DNA of 59,388 nucleotides, the filler included, from Squatina squatina (lineage: Eukaryota), in assembly GCA_031763465.1 (NCBI GenBank). It is 3 parts of 3 records of this genome, joined end to end, with 100 filler letters (N's around TTAATTAATTAA, not from the genome) between each part and the next. Parts side by side here need not be neighbours in the genome. Positions count along the whole stretch, not along the records: positions 1 to 20,977 come from JARFOE010000004.1; positions 21,078 to 40,124 come from JARFOE010000016.1; 1 more part is not named here. The stretch is one strand, 5' to 3'. This document shows, piece by piece, positions 12,687-25,238 of the stretch. Position 1 is the first letter of the stretch. The number at the start of each line of letters is the position of its first letter. A model generated the notes under the pieces. The model saw only the letters and a program-made list of their open reading frames with translations, was not told where the DNA came from and searched no databases. A program made the position numbers and the translations under genes.

Positions 12687-13941
12687 TCTAATGTCTTCCA
12701 GGCCAAATAAGTAAAAATCTCAAAATGTAAAAAGGGGGATTCTCATTCATGGTTANNNNNNNNNNTAACCCCCCACAATGCATGTGAAAGGCGAGGGAGT
12801 GTGGTTAAGTTGGTAAAAATGTGAAACCACGAGAACATCAGAGTAACCCGCTCTGGAAAGGCGGGCTAGTAATTATAATATTTAAATGAGGCTCCATTCC
12901 TCAGCTTTTGGGGGCTATTTGAACTTAACTACTGCAAGCAGGATTTTCCAAGGCTCAGGAAACCTGGCAGCTGAAGGTGGCGGGGAGGGGGGCAAGTGCA
13001 CGGGAGCTTTCAGATCCCGCAGGTAAGTACTTTTCCAGTGCTGCTTGTNNNNNNNNNNNNNNNNNNNNNNNNNNNNNNNNNNNNNNNNNNNNNNNNNNNN
13101 NNNNNNNNNNNNNNNNNNNNNNNNNNNNNNNNNNNNNNNNNNNNNNNNGCATTCTCTGCTTTTATTTGTAGTTTAGGAATTGTTATTACTGCAACGGATT
13201 CTAGAGCTGAACTGTTGTCCATGTATTCTAGTCTTTGAGGTGGAAATCCACTTTCTTTACATGTTTGTTAAAGTGGAAGATTTTACTCCAAATCACTTTA
13301 ATTTGGTATAAAATTACCCATGTGAGTATTTAGTTATCTTTCTGGCACCCCTACTGAATGATTAATGATGTGAAAATGACCTAAGAATGCACATAACAGT
13401 ATCACGCAGTTTATCATAACAGAAAAATGCCAAATGGTACGGATCAGACACAGCAAATATATATATTTTTAAAAACACCAATAAAGAAATGTGACATATG
13501 TTACTCAGAAGGGTGTGAAAAGCTCCAGTCTGTGATTCAGGATGGTTCAACTGAACTGGAAAAATTTCAACAATCTGCTCGACTTCATCAAACTAATGCG
13601 AAAGCTGGTAGATGTAATGTCATCTCCCATGCATGTGAAATCACTCTCTGCAATGCTGTTCTAAACTGTCTGCACGTCTCAGTTTGGGGATGGGTTCCAG
13701 CTGAAGGCTCACACGAGGCAGATATTCAAAAAAATGCACCAGGCCAAATACATCTTTCTCTTTATCTGGGGCAGAAAGATTAATGGAAAGGAGACCAACC
13801 CTGAACCCAGGATAAATGAAAGCAACTTCCATTTGGAGGCTATTGATGGTTGGAACCAAATGTTAGAGCTTCAGCTTTAGCAGTATCTGAGTGGATTAAA
13901 TGGTTTGCTGCCTCCAATAGCTACGAACAGTGGTGATATAA

Positions 13942-14190
13942 AGAAAGAAAAGAAAGACTGGTAGTTACATAGCGCCGTTCATGACCTCAGAATGTCCCAA
14001 AGCATTTTACAGCCATTGAAGTGCTTTTTGAAGTGTCGTCACTGCTGTAACATAGGAAATAGAGCAGCCAATATGTGCACAGCAAACAGCGTGGTACCAG
14101 ATAATCTGTTTTTAGCAGTTTTGGCTGAAGGTTAAATATTGGCCTGGACACCAGGGAGAGCTCCCCTGCTCCTCTTTGAATAGTGTCATC
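13942..14190 (-). mobile_element. Deu-type SINE 3' half
   Basis: Reverse complement of ~8535-8795, including the simple-repeat tail. Confidence 0.75.
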
Positions 14191-14291
14191 GNNNNNNNNN
14201 NNNNNNNNNNNNNNNNNNNNNNNNNNNNNNNNNNNNNNNNNNNNNNNNNNNNNNNNNNNNNNNNNNNNNNNNNNNNNNNNNNNNNNNNNNN

Positions 14292-14805
14292 TGACCGTGT
14301 GCAGGTAGATACATCTGTAAAACATTGGGTTGGCAACGGTTAAGAGTGCTGTGTGCCAGTTCTGAAAGAAAGGACATTAATGCCACAGCAAGAGCAGTTT
14401 CATCAGGGATAGGAACCCAGAGTGATGAGGAGAGACATAAGATAATGAGACTATTTACAATGGAGCAGAGAGGGCGAAGAGGAGATTTAATTAAGATTCT
14501 TTTTTTAATTCTGAAGGGTTTTGATAGACTGCGTTCAGGAGAAATTATTTCCTCTGGTTCAGGAGTCAGCGGCAAGGAGTCATCAATTGAAAAGGCAGTT
14601 AGGAAAGAAAAAAAAACTGTCATTAAACGAGTGGGGAGAGAAGTCCGGAGAAATTTACTTTACATAGCTACCTGTTGGAGCATGAAATGCTTTGCCACAG
14701 GGAATGGTTGAGGTAGAGACCAGTGCTACTTTTAAGGGAAAATTGAATGAAAATCTGAAGCTGAGGATGATGCAGGGCTTTAGGGAGAAAGCGGGGCAGT
14801 GGAAT
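14292..14805 (+). mobile_element. Old CR1 LINE 3' end
   Basis: Residual 'LFTMEQRGRRGDLIKILFLILKGFDR' and 'VEVETSATFKGKLNENLK' motifs of the CR1 ORF2 C-terminus. Confidence 0.75.
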
Positions 14806-14825
14806 AAGCTTTGCACAGGCACAAC

Positions 14826-14949
14826 GGGGTTGAAATTCAACTTTGGCAGAGGGAAAAACAAACGGCAGCAGATTGGAATTCAAATGGACAGGTAAATCGG
14901 GCGGGTGGTACCTCCAGTTTGTACCCCCGCCAAAGTTAAATTTCACCCC
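14826..14949. mobile_element. 124-bp MITE with ~21-bp imperfect TIRs (PIF/Harbinger-like)
   Basis: Left ggggttgaaattcaactttggc; reverse complement of right end ggggtgaaatttaactttggc; flanks aac / aat (imperfect 3-bp TSD). Confidence 0.7.
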
Positions 14950-15317
14950 AATGGGCTGAACAAACTCCTTTGTTACTGTAAATTTCTATGGTTCGATCGT
15001 GCATTTATTTTTCTAGCTACAGTACTGGGGTTTGCCAGCTATTCTATTTGTCCCTGCCAACATTTGAAAAATAACAGTTTTGTAGCCACCTCCCTTTATA
15101 TTGTCTCATTCCCCTTAAATTTTCTCACTGCCCTTTAATGGCTACCACCGCTTGTGATTTTCTGTCTCATCCCTTCTGCAAGCTCTCAGCTGCAGGCGAA
15201 TACAAACCGTGAGCTCGCATATTCTCATAAGGTCAGAATTTGACATTTTTTTACATGCTGTGTGCTTTCAGCAACTCCACTTTGCCAGCAGTAGAATATT
15301 CCCCCTATGCAGTATCC

Positions 15318-15450
15318 TTAAACCCCTGTGCTCGCTGACCAACATTGGCTCCCAGTCCGGCAACGCCTCAATTTTAAAATTCTCCTCCTCGTATACAAAT
15401 CCCTCCATAGCCTCGCCCCTCCCTATCTCTGTAACCTCCTACATCCCTCC
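15318..15450 (+). mobile_element. L2 LINE ORF2 C-terminal fragment
   Basis: LADQHWLPVRQRLNFKILLLVYKSLHSLAPPYLCNLL is the typical L2 'LHWLPV..RI.FKILLL.YK.LH.LAP.YL' motif. Confidence 0.85.
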
Positions 15451-17054
15451 TCCTCCTCCTTCCTCTTCCAGCAGCTTGCCCAGTCATGCTCAATGCCAAG
15501 AGAAAGGCCTACTAGTCCACTTATGTCTTGGAGAAACTGGCTGTGCAGAAGAAGCCTTTAAGTTAGGAAAAAATACTTCAGCACCTGACAGACCACTTCC
15601 TGCAGACTATTGAAACTTTAACCAACTGTAGGAAGCACACAAAACTTGCAGAATTGCAGCAACAGCCAGAAAAAAATAAACCAGCAACTAGCCTGTAAGT
15701 AGTTGATGATCCTTTTAAATAGCGCTGGTGGGGGATCCTTCATGTTGCTGAACACGTGTTTAGCTGTGGGAAGCTAAGAGAAGGCATCAGCTGGAACATG
15801 GAGTTCTAAAATGGAGCCAAATCAGCGTTACCCGCTCTGCATACTTCTGGCAGATGTTAAGTGTGTGCTGCTAACCCCTTTACCAATATGGCATCTGGCG
15901 CGCTTCTTGTCAGATGTGTGCATGCCTGCTGCGGGCGCCATTTTGGAATGCTAATGGGCCCTGTAGCGGCCAAAAAATGGTGGTACCGAGCCCAATTTTA
16001 CCCCACCCAATCCCAAATGCCTTTGTAAGACTAAACAAAATGAAGTGAGAAGGCAGAACAATGGCCTAGGAACTGTTCCTTTTTAATAAAAAGTTGGAAA
16101 GAGTTATATGTAACGCTTTTCTCAGTGATGGCATTTAGAAATACAAAACACAAGTTTCAGAATGGAAAGCCTCGAAGTGGAAGGTGGATGGAAGAACCAG
16201 ATAGAAAAATGGCATTAACATCACGATCTGAAGCTGTTAAGGAGTGCAGGGGAAATTGATTCTGAAGTTTGTGTTGAGTTTTAGGTGGAAATTTGTCTTT
16301 TTATTTATACATAAAATACAATTCAGGAAATATGCCTGCAAAATATTTTATAGTTATTTTTGTAGCTTCTTCCTGTTCATTAGTGTTGCATGATATAACA
16401 TTCACGATTAGTAAGCCACTTTGGACCCAAATATAAGAGCTAATGTAGTGTGTTATTAATACAGAGATTTGATAAAATGCTAAAATTTTGAGCCCAAAGA
16501 CTAATGGACTAGGACCTGCAATCTGTTCTGCACATTGCATGACTGATGCTTTCATAAGAGCCTTATCTTCATGGAATTTATCAAAATGATAGCCACAAGG
16601 GCTCCTAACAAATTGACATCTGCGCAGAACAATTAAAGAAAATAAGTTCTTTTGTAAAGTAAACCAAATGACAAAAAATGCCCCAGGGCTTTGTGGAATA
16701 TGACAGCTGCTCACTGTTTTGAGAAGAGTGCTGTTCCAAACTGCATAGATCAGCGTGTTAAGCTTTAAATCGTGGCTGCGTGTCTGATTGTCCCGTTAAT
16801 TAAATGATCTCATTAATTTTTCATCTGAAGTTTCCAAGTTGAAAGGCTGAGCAGTGGAAACAAGTGAAATTCCTGGCATTCTGCTCAGAGCAAGAGATTT
16901 GGGGTACTTTTTCCCTTGACTGACCATAAGCTCAAAAGGGAAGCTGCAGAAAAAAATTCAGAAGTGAAAGCTTTTAGCAACTGCACATAATGATGCACAT
17001 TACATTAAGCGGATTTTCAAGCTTTGCAGAGACAGGATGGAACAGAGCTTTGCA

Positions 17055-17375
17055 GAGATTTGAAGACAAGTATACAGATTTTAAATTTAATAAATGCAAT
17101 GGGGGTCAGGGAGCTAAAGTGGGAACTAAGGAAGGTCAGTGAGGATAGGGATGATGGACAAGCAGAACTTGATGCAGGAATGGGATAAAGCTGGCTGTGT
17201 TTTGGACCAGTTGGAGTTTATGGAGGGCAGTGGGGGAATCCGTCAATGAGGTCATTCCATTAATTGTATTTAGAGGTGACAAAAGCATGGAGAAGGGTTT
17301 CAGCAGAGGAGTGAGCTGAGATAAGGTGGTCAATGTTGGAGGAGTGGAAATAAATGTTTTGATGATTATTAGAAT
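17055..17375 (-). mobile_element. Decayed L2 LINE fragment
   Basis: Minus strand retains 'LHKLQLVQNTAS' (L2 'LQLVQNAAA') and the following L2 C-terminal region. Confidence 0.65.
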
Positions 17376-18210
17376 TGTAGCACTTAAAGCTTTGCTCTGC
17401 GTTGGACAGGATTTTGCACGATCTGGTTCACCCTGTGTGTGAAAAGGGCTGAAGATATATTTTCTTTCATTCCTGGNNNNNNNNNNNNNNNNNNNNNNNN
17501 NNNNNNNNNNNNNNNNNNNNNNNNNNNNNNNNNNNNNNNNNNNNNNNNNNNNNNNNNNNNNNNNNNNNNNNNNNNNGAGGGGGTCACGGCGATTCAATAC
17601 TATATCAATATGAGATTATCGCTGAGGCTTACTCGTTATGGCAATAGTTCAGAAATTACCAGGGAAGTGGGGGGAAAAGAATTTTCTTATCTCCCTTGTA
17701 CTTGGCTGTACAACTGCACTGACTAAACTCAAAAAATAATTATTGTGGTTGTTTTGAGCTGCACCTTGGTGCTCACAAAGGAAATAATTAGATAGAATAG
17801 TAGTTTTTGAATGGTGGTACAATAAAGCAACACAAAGCAATTAAAAATTCAAGGATCGTTTTTTTGTCAATAAGTAGATACCTGTATCTGCAGCCCAGCC
17901 CTCGAGTGTTCTCTTCAAAAGTACAATCCAATTATTATGCTTTTAAACTCTTGAAAGTATCTTTGATTGTAAAGTTCACTTCAGTATTTCGCATCTAGCG
18001 TCTCAATCTAAGTTTCAATTTTTGCACTCACTTGGCCTCCCATCACCTTCTACTGCTCATTTATCAGCAGTGGAGCATTTCTTATCCATGTAAAGAAGTT
18101 CAAATGGACAGCACAGTGTCTGTTGTGTTAGTGCACTAGCTCTCAGTGCTGCGAAGTGGCGAGCAGTGCCAGTTTGTGGATCACTAATGCACTTGTGCTA
18201 TTACATGCAG

Positions 18211-18315
18211 GCCAAGCTGTCAAGGAACAGAGCCGTGTAGCTGCGGACTGGAGGCGGTGAAGCCCAAGAAATCCCACTGTCCGACCTCGAGCAAGACGTC
18301 GCCCGCATTATAGAA
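18211..18315 (+). mobile_element. Harbinger Myb/SANT-like protein fragment (TGGG motif), pseudogenised
   Basis: cag|AKLSRNRAV*LRTGGGEAQEIPLSDLEQDVARII resembles the 'K..NR....TGGG...LT..E' tail of Harbinger Myb-like ORFs; in-frame TAG. Confidence 0.55.
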
Positions 18316-20363
18316 NNNNNNNNNNNNNNNNNNNNNNNNNNNNNNNNNNNNNNNNNNNNNNNNNNNNNNNNNNNNNNNNNNNNNNNNNNNNNNNNNNNNN
18401 NNNNNNNNNNNNNNNAAAAATCAACCTTAGACTTAATACAGAGGCACATTTTAATTTCTGGCAATAGGTTTTAAATTTTACTGAAACAAATAATCACTAA
18501 TGTATCAGGAAAAAAAAGCAACATGCTATTCTAAGCCAAATAAATCATATGTTGATATTAAGTACGGGTCTATCATTTGTTTTGCCCACTGTAGTGTTAT
18601 CTTCAATGAGACCTATTAGATGTCATCTTGTCTGCTTGCAATTTGAATGAATAATAAGGGTGGTTTGCGGAATATTTCATGTTGCCAGCTACCAACAGAA
18701 GTAGTTTCCTCACCAGCTATAACTTTGGTCTTACTCCATGCATTTTGATAAGAAAATAAAAAAAAGTTCATAAATATTCTAGTCCTACCCCCATGAGATA
18801 CACTATAAAAGCCTACTGTTCTTTCATGGTACACAAATTTTCACTTATCTAGTAAATAGAAGCAATTTACGAAGAGATTCAGCAGAGCTTTTATGGCTGT
18901 GTGATTACTATTAGGAAACTAGAGTGTTTAATATTAAAATGAGGAGTTGTATGTGGATTGGTGTAGCGTACTGAAATGTTTGTACTGNNNNNNNNNNNNN
19001 NNNNNNNNNNNNNNNNNNNNNNNNNNNNNNNNNNNNNNNNNNNNNNNNNNNNNNNNNNNNNNNNNNNNNNNNNNNNNNNNNNNNNNNAAGGTGACCCACC
19101 CCCAACAAAGTCCGCAGGGTTAGAGGCAGGTCCCTCAGTTTAAACTACCCTGGTGGCTGCCCGACCCACTCTTGGGGCACCTGCCCATGGCAAGAAGCCA
19201 GGGTTTCTGATAGGTTTTGCTGGGTCTGGGAAGAAAGAGAAAATTCTTTATTCTTTTCCTCATCGTTGGGGGTCGAAGCCACAGCCCAGATATAACCCCC
19301 TAGCTGGGCCCCACAACTGCAAGCGAAGAGGCTGGTCCACCTGCTTTCACTTGGAATACCCGCCTCCAATGCTTGTTGGCTGTATTCCAGGCCAGTGCCC
19401 CTGGTCACATCCATTCTTATAGCAGTAGCCTTGTATGGGGTGCCGTGATTCCAGCGCTTATAAGCCCCCACAGAAATGCTGGTATTATGATGGGAGTGCA
19501 CCAGAGGGACCACAAATTTCCAGTGTAATCAACGTTTGGAGAAAAAAAATTGCAGCTTATAAATTGTTTTGTGAGCACTTGTTTTAGATATGCTGTAGAG
19601 ATTGGATTTCCAAACATTAACCGGTATAATAGTTGATTTCCTTATGTGGGAACAGTACAGAGATTGAAGTAATGACTGGCTTATAAACAATTGTAAAGGA
19701 ATCCTGCTGGGCGGAATGTAAAATTGAGCTATTCTGCTTTAACTTTCTATTTATTTAACCTTTATATTTCAGAAAGTTGCAGTGTACATTCCGCATGGGA
19801 AAGTAGACAGCTATTATACAGCTAGTTATGCACAAGGCAAACATGTACATTTGTAAATAACAACATGACTCACAACAACAGATAACCTCAGATTTATGGC
19901 ATGCACACCTAATCTGAAACGGCATATTCATGAATCTAAAATGAATGGAACATTACCTAAATGATCCTTGTGAAAGATTTAGCACATTGCAGTAGCATTA
20001 ATGCCACTTATTTTCAGTCAGCATATTTTTCATCTTCCCATGCTCTTAGTATATAACCATTAGGAAAATGACTTGGTTATGTGTCAAAGGCATATGGTTA
20101 CAACATATTACTGCTGATTAGGAATTTATAAAGAACAAGTCTGTAAATTCCACACAAATTTCAAATTGAAACAGTATCCGTCAAAGGTTGAATTGTATAA
20201 AGCTGTAATTAAGACAGAGAACAATCATATAAATGAGGTAAGACCCGAAAGAACTTTTCACTANNNNNNNNNNNNNNNNNNNNNNNNNNNNNNNNNNNNN
20301 NNNNNNNNNNNNNNNNNNNNNNNNNNNNNNNNNNNNNNNNNNNNNNNNNNNNNNNNNNNNNNN

Positions 20364-20977
20364 AGACATCTGTGCTTCACCAACGAGGTCATCACTGAAA
20401 TCTGCCACCTGCTACAGCCACGACTCCAACCTCACAGCAGGGCACAGACCGCGGTGCCTGTTAAGGTGACTGTGGCTCTGAACTTCTATGAATCTGGCTC
20501 CTTCCAGGCTGCTGCTGGAAGTATAAGCAATAACTCTCAGTTTGCAGTGCACTGTTACATAAGGGAGGTCACTGAGGCTCTCTATGCAAAGAAAGACAAC
20601 TTCATGTCCTTCCCTCTTGCCAGAGTGAAGCAGGTGGAGCAATCACAAGGATTGCAGGCTTCTCCATGGTGCTGGGTGCCATTGACTGCATGCACATTGC
20701 TTTACATGTGCCTCATGCCAACTCTGACATGTACCTGAACTGAAAGGGATTCCACTCCTTCAACGTGCAGCTAGTGTGTGACCAGAGGCAGCGCATCATG
20801 CAGGGCAATGCCCAGTATCCTGGCAGCAGTCATAATGCATTCATTCTGCAGCTGTCCTCTGTGCCAGCTGTATTTCAACCATCATGGCAAACCAAAGGCT
20901 AGCTACTGGGCGACAAGGGCTATCCACTGACGACATGGCTCATGACTCTGATCCACAACCCACACACACGTGCGCAG
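20364..20977 (+). mobile_element. PIF/Harbinger DDE transposase fragment (HARBI1-like), decayed
   Basis: VKVTVALNFYESGSFQ (HTH region), then after a frameshift VLGAIDCMHI, LN*KGFHSFNVQLVCD, YPGSSHNAFI, LLGDKGYPL. Confidence 0.92.
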
Positions 20978-21077
20978 NNNNNNNNNNNNNNNNNNNNNNN
21001 NNNNNNNNNNNNNNNNNNNNNTTAATTAATTAANNNNNNNNNNNNNNNNNNNNNNNNNNNNNNNNNNNNNNNNNNNN
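20978..21077. other. Artificial scaffold-joining spacer (44 N + TTAATTAATTAA + 44 N)
   Basis: TTAATTAATTAA at 21022-21033 (stop codons in all six frames), centred in exactly 100 bp; identical spacer at 40125-40224. Confidence 0.95.
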
Positions 21078-21084
21078 CACTTAA

Positions 21085-21215
21085 GAATATGGCAACAGGA
21101 CGGGTACTTGGGATTAGGATATTGCGAGGGTGCTACCCACTGAGCCACCGCTAACACTGTTAGGCAGCATCTTTGGAGAGAGAAACAGAATGAATGTTTC
21201 AAGTCGATGACCTTC
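21085..21215 (-). mobile_element. Deu-SINE 5' head followed by a Penelope-like terminal-repeat fragment
   Basis: Reverse complement gtgttagcggtggctcagtgggtagca matches the SINE head at 8357; 21162-21215 matches 3958-4010. Confidence 0.55.
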
Positions 21216-22824
21216 CACTCGTCTGCTTGCCGAAAGGAATTGAAAATTACTTAACCCATCAGGTGCGGCCCTGAAACGTTAAACAGCCACAAAAATAAGC
21301 CTGTGCAACAAGGTGAGCTGCAATTTAATAGTTAACCTAATTCACCTGGTGAATTTTAGTTTTAAAAACAGGAGGAGTCAAACCCAAGGATGTGGCAGGG
21401 AATCGTTTGATAATTGGGCTGGAAGTAGTTTTGTAACTAATAAACAAGTGGGACGGACATTAAGAATGGCAGACACTGGGAACACACACAGCAGGTTTGT
21501 CAGCTTCTCAAAAAGGAAGCAAAAGAAAGCACAGGTTAATAAGAATGGAAGAGGTCCCTTGTCAGAACTCAAGAAATAAAGGAGGTGAGGCTGAGGAGCA
21601 GGGCCAGTGGAATGTGATTGAGTTGATACTGCTGGATGGAGAGATTAAGAGAATGCATACAGCAATATGCAATAGATAGAACGGATTATATGACATGGTG
21701 AGAGCGTTGAACAGAGAGGTGTTGAATATCAATATTGAAAATATCAACAATAAAAGAATCAACATTGATAATATTGCAATTGTTTAATTGTTAATTTATG
21801 AAATCAACAGTGACAGGGCTGAATTCCAACCATTCATTTAATCTGAATGATCTCAATTTCAGGTTTCAGCCTGCAATCACTTGTATTACTGCTATACGCA
21901 GGCATACAATATGATTAATTTAATTGCATAAAACATACCTTCGTTTTAAATAGGTCACCGTGAGTCTGCAGTTTTCACAACCATCACGTTACATGGGTTT
22001 GACAAGTGTAATTTATTCACATTTCACAGCACCAACAAAAAAAAGTGGATGGGGGAGGGGGCTCCAATGTAAACAAGTTAAATATAAGAATCTGTGTAAA
22101 ACGCAAAATAGTTTGAACCAAAGAGTAAACTGCGGCGAGACGGCGGCTTTAGAGTGTGCTCCACTTAAACTTTAAAAATAGAAAAATCAATGTGCGGCAA
22201 GATGTCGAGTGCTTTACTACTTTTTAGAAGGTATATATCGCATAACAGCCCAACGGCCTCCCCTGATTCTGGTACAGTTTTTTTTTCTCGAGTATATCAA
22301 AAGTTCGTGCATGGACAAACGGCTGGAAGTGACGTTTCTGGTTTGGGAGCAGGATCATTGACCGCTGGTTGAGTCGAAGCGCATCCGTTTTCAAGTCAAT
22401 GCCAGTGCTCAGAAGAAACGCATCCTGCTTCATTTCCAGTGTATTGTCAGATCACTAGTGCATAAAATAAAGGAGTTGTGCGGGATCCCCTTGGCTTACG
22501 NNNNNNNNNNNNNNNNNNNNNNNNNNNNNNNNNNNNNNNNNNNNNNNNNNNNNNNNNNNNNNNNNNNNNNNNNNNNNNNNNNNNNNNNNNNNNNNNNNNN
22601 GGAAGGTTTGGCGGGCGATGGAACGTATTAACTTTCACTTACCTCACCTCTTCAGCACAGGTCTGAAGGCTGTTCTCACTTTCCCTTCTTGGTGCAGTAG
22701 ACATGTCTCGGTGAGATCTGCTGACCCGAGATCAGATTTCACATTTCTCACAAATCCTGAAAAACACAATTCGTTTTACAATAAGATTAAGTACAAATAT
22801 CAACATATTCAGGGGTCAAAAAGC

Positions 22825-22915
22825 AAGAAAGTCTTGCATTTCCGACCACCGGACGTTTCAAAACGTTTTACAGCCAATGAAGTACTTTTGGAGTGTGGTC
22901 AATGTTGCAATGTGA
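22825..22915 (-). mobile_element. Deu-type SINE 3' tail fragment
   Basis: gtcttgcattt...cgttttacagccaatgaagtacttttggagtgtggtc matches the reverse complement of 8700-8790. Confidence 0.65.
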
Positions 22916-22994
22916 ATGTAATGTAGCGTAATAAGAAACAGTTTCAGTGATCAGTCCTTCTTCCACATCTAAGTTTTCATACACACGCGCAGTA

Positions 22995-23410
22995 AGATAG
23001 ACAGATAGATAGACAAATAGATAGATAGAGATAGACANNNNNNNNNNNNNNNNNNNNNNNNNNNNNNNNNNNNNNNNNNNNNNNNNNNNNNNNNNNNNNN
23101 NNNNNNNNNNNNNNNNNNNNNNNNNNNNNNNNNNNNNNNNNNNNNNNNNNNNNNNNNNNNNNNNNNNNNNNNNNNNNNNNNNNNNNNNNNNNNNNNNNNN
23201 NNNNNNNNNNNNNNNNNNNNNNNNNNNNNNNNNNNNNNNNNNNNNNNNNNNNNNNNNNNNNNNNNNNNNNNNNNNNNNNNNNNNNNNNNNNNNNNNNNNN
23301 NNNNNNNNNNNNNNNNNNNNNNNNNNNNNNNNNNNNNNNNNNNNNNNNNNNNNNNNNNNNNNNNNNNNNNNNNNAAAGAGATAGAAAGAGAGATGGATAG
23401 ATAGATAGAC
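22995..23410. repeat. (GATA/GACA)n microsatellite spanning a gap
   Basis: gatagacagatagatagac... on both sides of the N run 23038-23374. Confidence 0.85.
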
Positions 23411-23784
23411 GCATATTTTGTGAATCTAACTAATTCATTCCGGAACAAGATGTTCTGTGTATTTGGTAATATTAGGATAATGTTAGAAATGCTCGGTAAT
23501 AAAGCGGTTTGTAAAATTGCGCCACAATGTGTACAGTTTGAAATCGGTGTTTATCTCTTATTTTGCGCGGTTTCCAAGCACATTCCATGCCACAGCGAGG
23601 TCACGAGGTAGCCTGGGAGATAAGTGTTCGGTGTAATTAAGAGATGCCTTCATTTACATCTTGAAAATAACACCTAGCACATTGAGGGAAAAAAGGGGGC
23701 GTTGGGCTGTTATTATATCGCCTTTCAGCTGCATGTTCAACATGTTAAGACCCAGCTGGTGCGGCTGGAGAAACGTTCAGGTAC

Positions 23785-24366
23785 CTTCAGTCCCTGATGT
23801 GTACTGGCAGTTGTCTTGTGTGGGGTAGGAAGCACAGTGCAGCTGGCCAGTAGCTACAAGCGTTTGCAAGTTGAATGCAGAAGTTCTCAGAATGCGGGCC
23901 GCTTGTGAAGAGTCTCCGAGAGAAATGATATCATCTACTTGGTTCACCGTGCCCTGGGAGGGCCTCATCTCCGCGCAGTACCTCCCTGTCCGGGACTGGC
24001 CACTCTGACAACCCACCAGAGTATTGGAGGCTGCTGTGTGCGCCAGAGACCAAATCCTCGGCTTCTCCGCTGTCCCAAAGCGCTGCGGGAGATTGTTCCT
24101 TGCTATAGAAACAGGTGGCTTATTTGTCAGCGTTTCTAGAAAGTCAGACCCAAGGGTGGAATTGTTTTTCGAACAGGAAAAGGTGTGCTGATTGCTTTGA
24201 GGCGACACATTGCAGTCACTTTCCTCAGACTCCACCAAACCTCTCCTTGGACCGACCTCACTTGATGCCTTTTCTTGGTCACTTTCACGTTTTTCTGATT
24301 CATCGTCTTCCAAGTCGTCCAGATCACTCAACCTCAACTCTTTGTCATCTCTGTATTCTTTCTCAT
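23785..24366 (-). CDS. IRX6: Iroquois homeobox gene exon 5 (acidic region + IRO box)
   Basis: cacacag|AT GAG AAA; DKELRLSDLDDLEDDESE, IRO box KPRIWSLAHTA, end CQYTSGTE-G|gtacc. If the donor is not used, read-through stops at TGA 23777-23779. Confidence 0.85.
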
Positions 24367-24992
24367 CTGTGTGCACATTCAAAAACATTAACATTTCTTT
24401 CTGTAATGTATTCATGTTTTTTGTTACTAATGAACGACTTTTGAAAGTATTCCTTTCTTACGATTGTAAGAACAAGTCTGAATAAACCTTACCTTGCAAA
24501 GTGCTACAAAATCTGTACGGGGTTATCAGGTCTCTGGTATCTAAAGGCTACCGACTTTATTCATATTATGATAATCTGTTGGTACTTTGTTAGATTTCTG
24601 AAACTTCTGAGTTTTCCACTTGCGTCTCACATTTAAGTTTTTTCCAGTTATTTTGCAATATAATTATGAAAGACAGTATACTAAGTCAAGGTCTGCGCGT
24701 CTATGTATCTGCGTGTCTATGTAGTTTCAAGTTATGCCCAAATAGNNNNNNNNNNNNNNNNNNNNNNNNNNNNNNNNNNNNNNNNNNNNNNNNNNNNNNN
24801 NNNNNNNNNNNNNNNNNNNNNNNNNNNNNNNNNNNNNNNNNNNNNNNNNNNNNNNNNNNNNNNNNNNNNNNNNNNNNNNNNNNNNNNNNNNNNNNNNNNN
24901 NNNNNNNNNNNNNNNNNNNNNNNNNNNNNNNNNNNNNNNNNNNNNNNNNNNNNNNNNNNNNNNNNNNNNNNNNNNNNNNNNNNNNNNNNNNN

Positions 24993-25047
24993 TTCTCGGG
25001 TGGCATTCTTGCGTCGAGTGCCGCCGTTGAAGTCCATGGTACCGCAT
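24993..25047 (-). CDS. IRX6: Iroquois exon 4, 5' part (homeodomain N-terminal arm; remainder in gap 24746-24992)
   Basis: gtttgtag|A TGC GGT ACC ATG GAC TTC AAC GGC GGC ACT CGA CGC AAG AAT GCC ACC CGA GAA = (R)CGTMDFNGGTRRKNATRE; RRKNATRE is the start of the Irx TALE homeodomain. Confidence 0.93.
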
Positions 25048-25238
25048 CTACAAACAGCAATAAGATCAAACCCGATCACCTCTTCCATTGAACCAAAAAC
25101 AGTGCAATTGACAGGGCAGTAGATGACAAAACCAACAATCGATAAATACATGCAACTGCAAATCCGAATAATTAAAAAAGCGCTTTTCCTCAAGCACCTT
25201 TTTGATCTGGGTATGTTTGCTATGATCAAAGGGCTTAC

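Noticed and set aside
20364-20977. Domesticated HARBI1 gene
   Set aside because: Frameshift, in-frame stops and a D-to-N change in the HD motif indicate a dead transposon copy.
21022-21033. TTAATTAATTAA as a biological homeodomain site or repeat
   Set aside because: Perfectly centred in 44+44 N and duplicated at 40169-40180; a synthetic linker.
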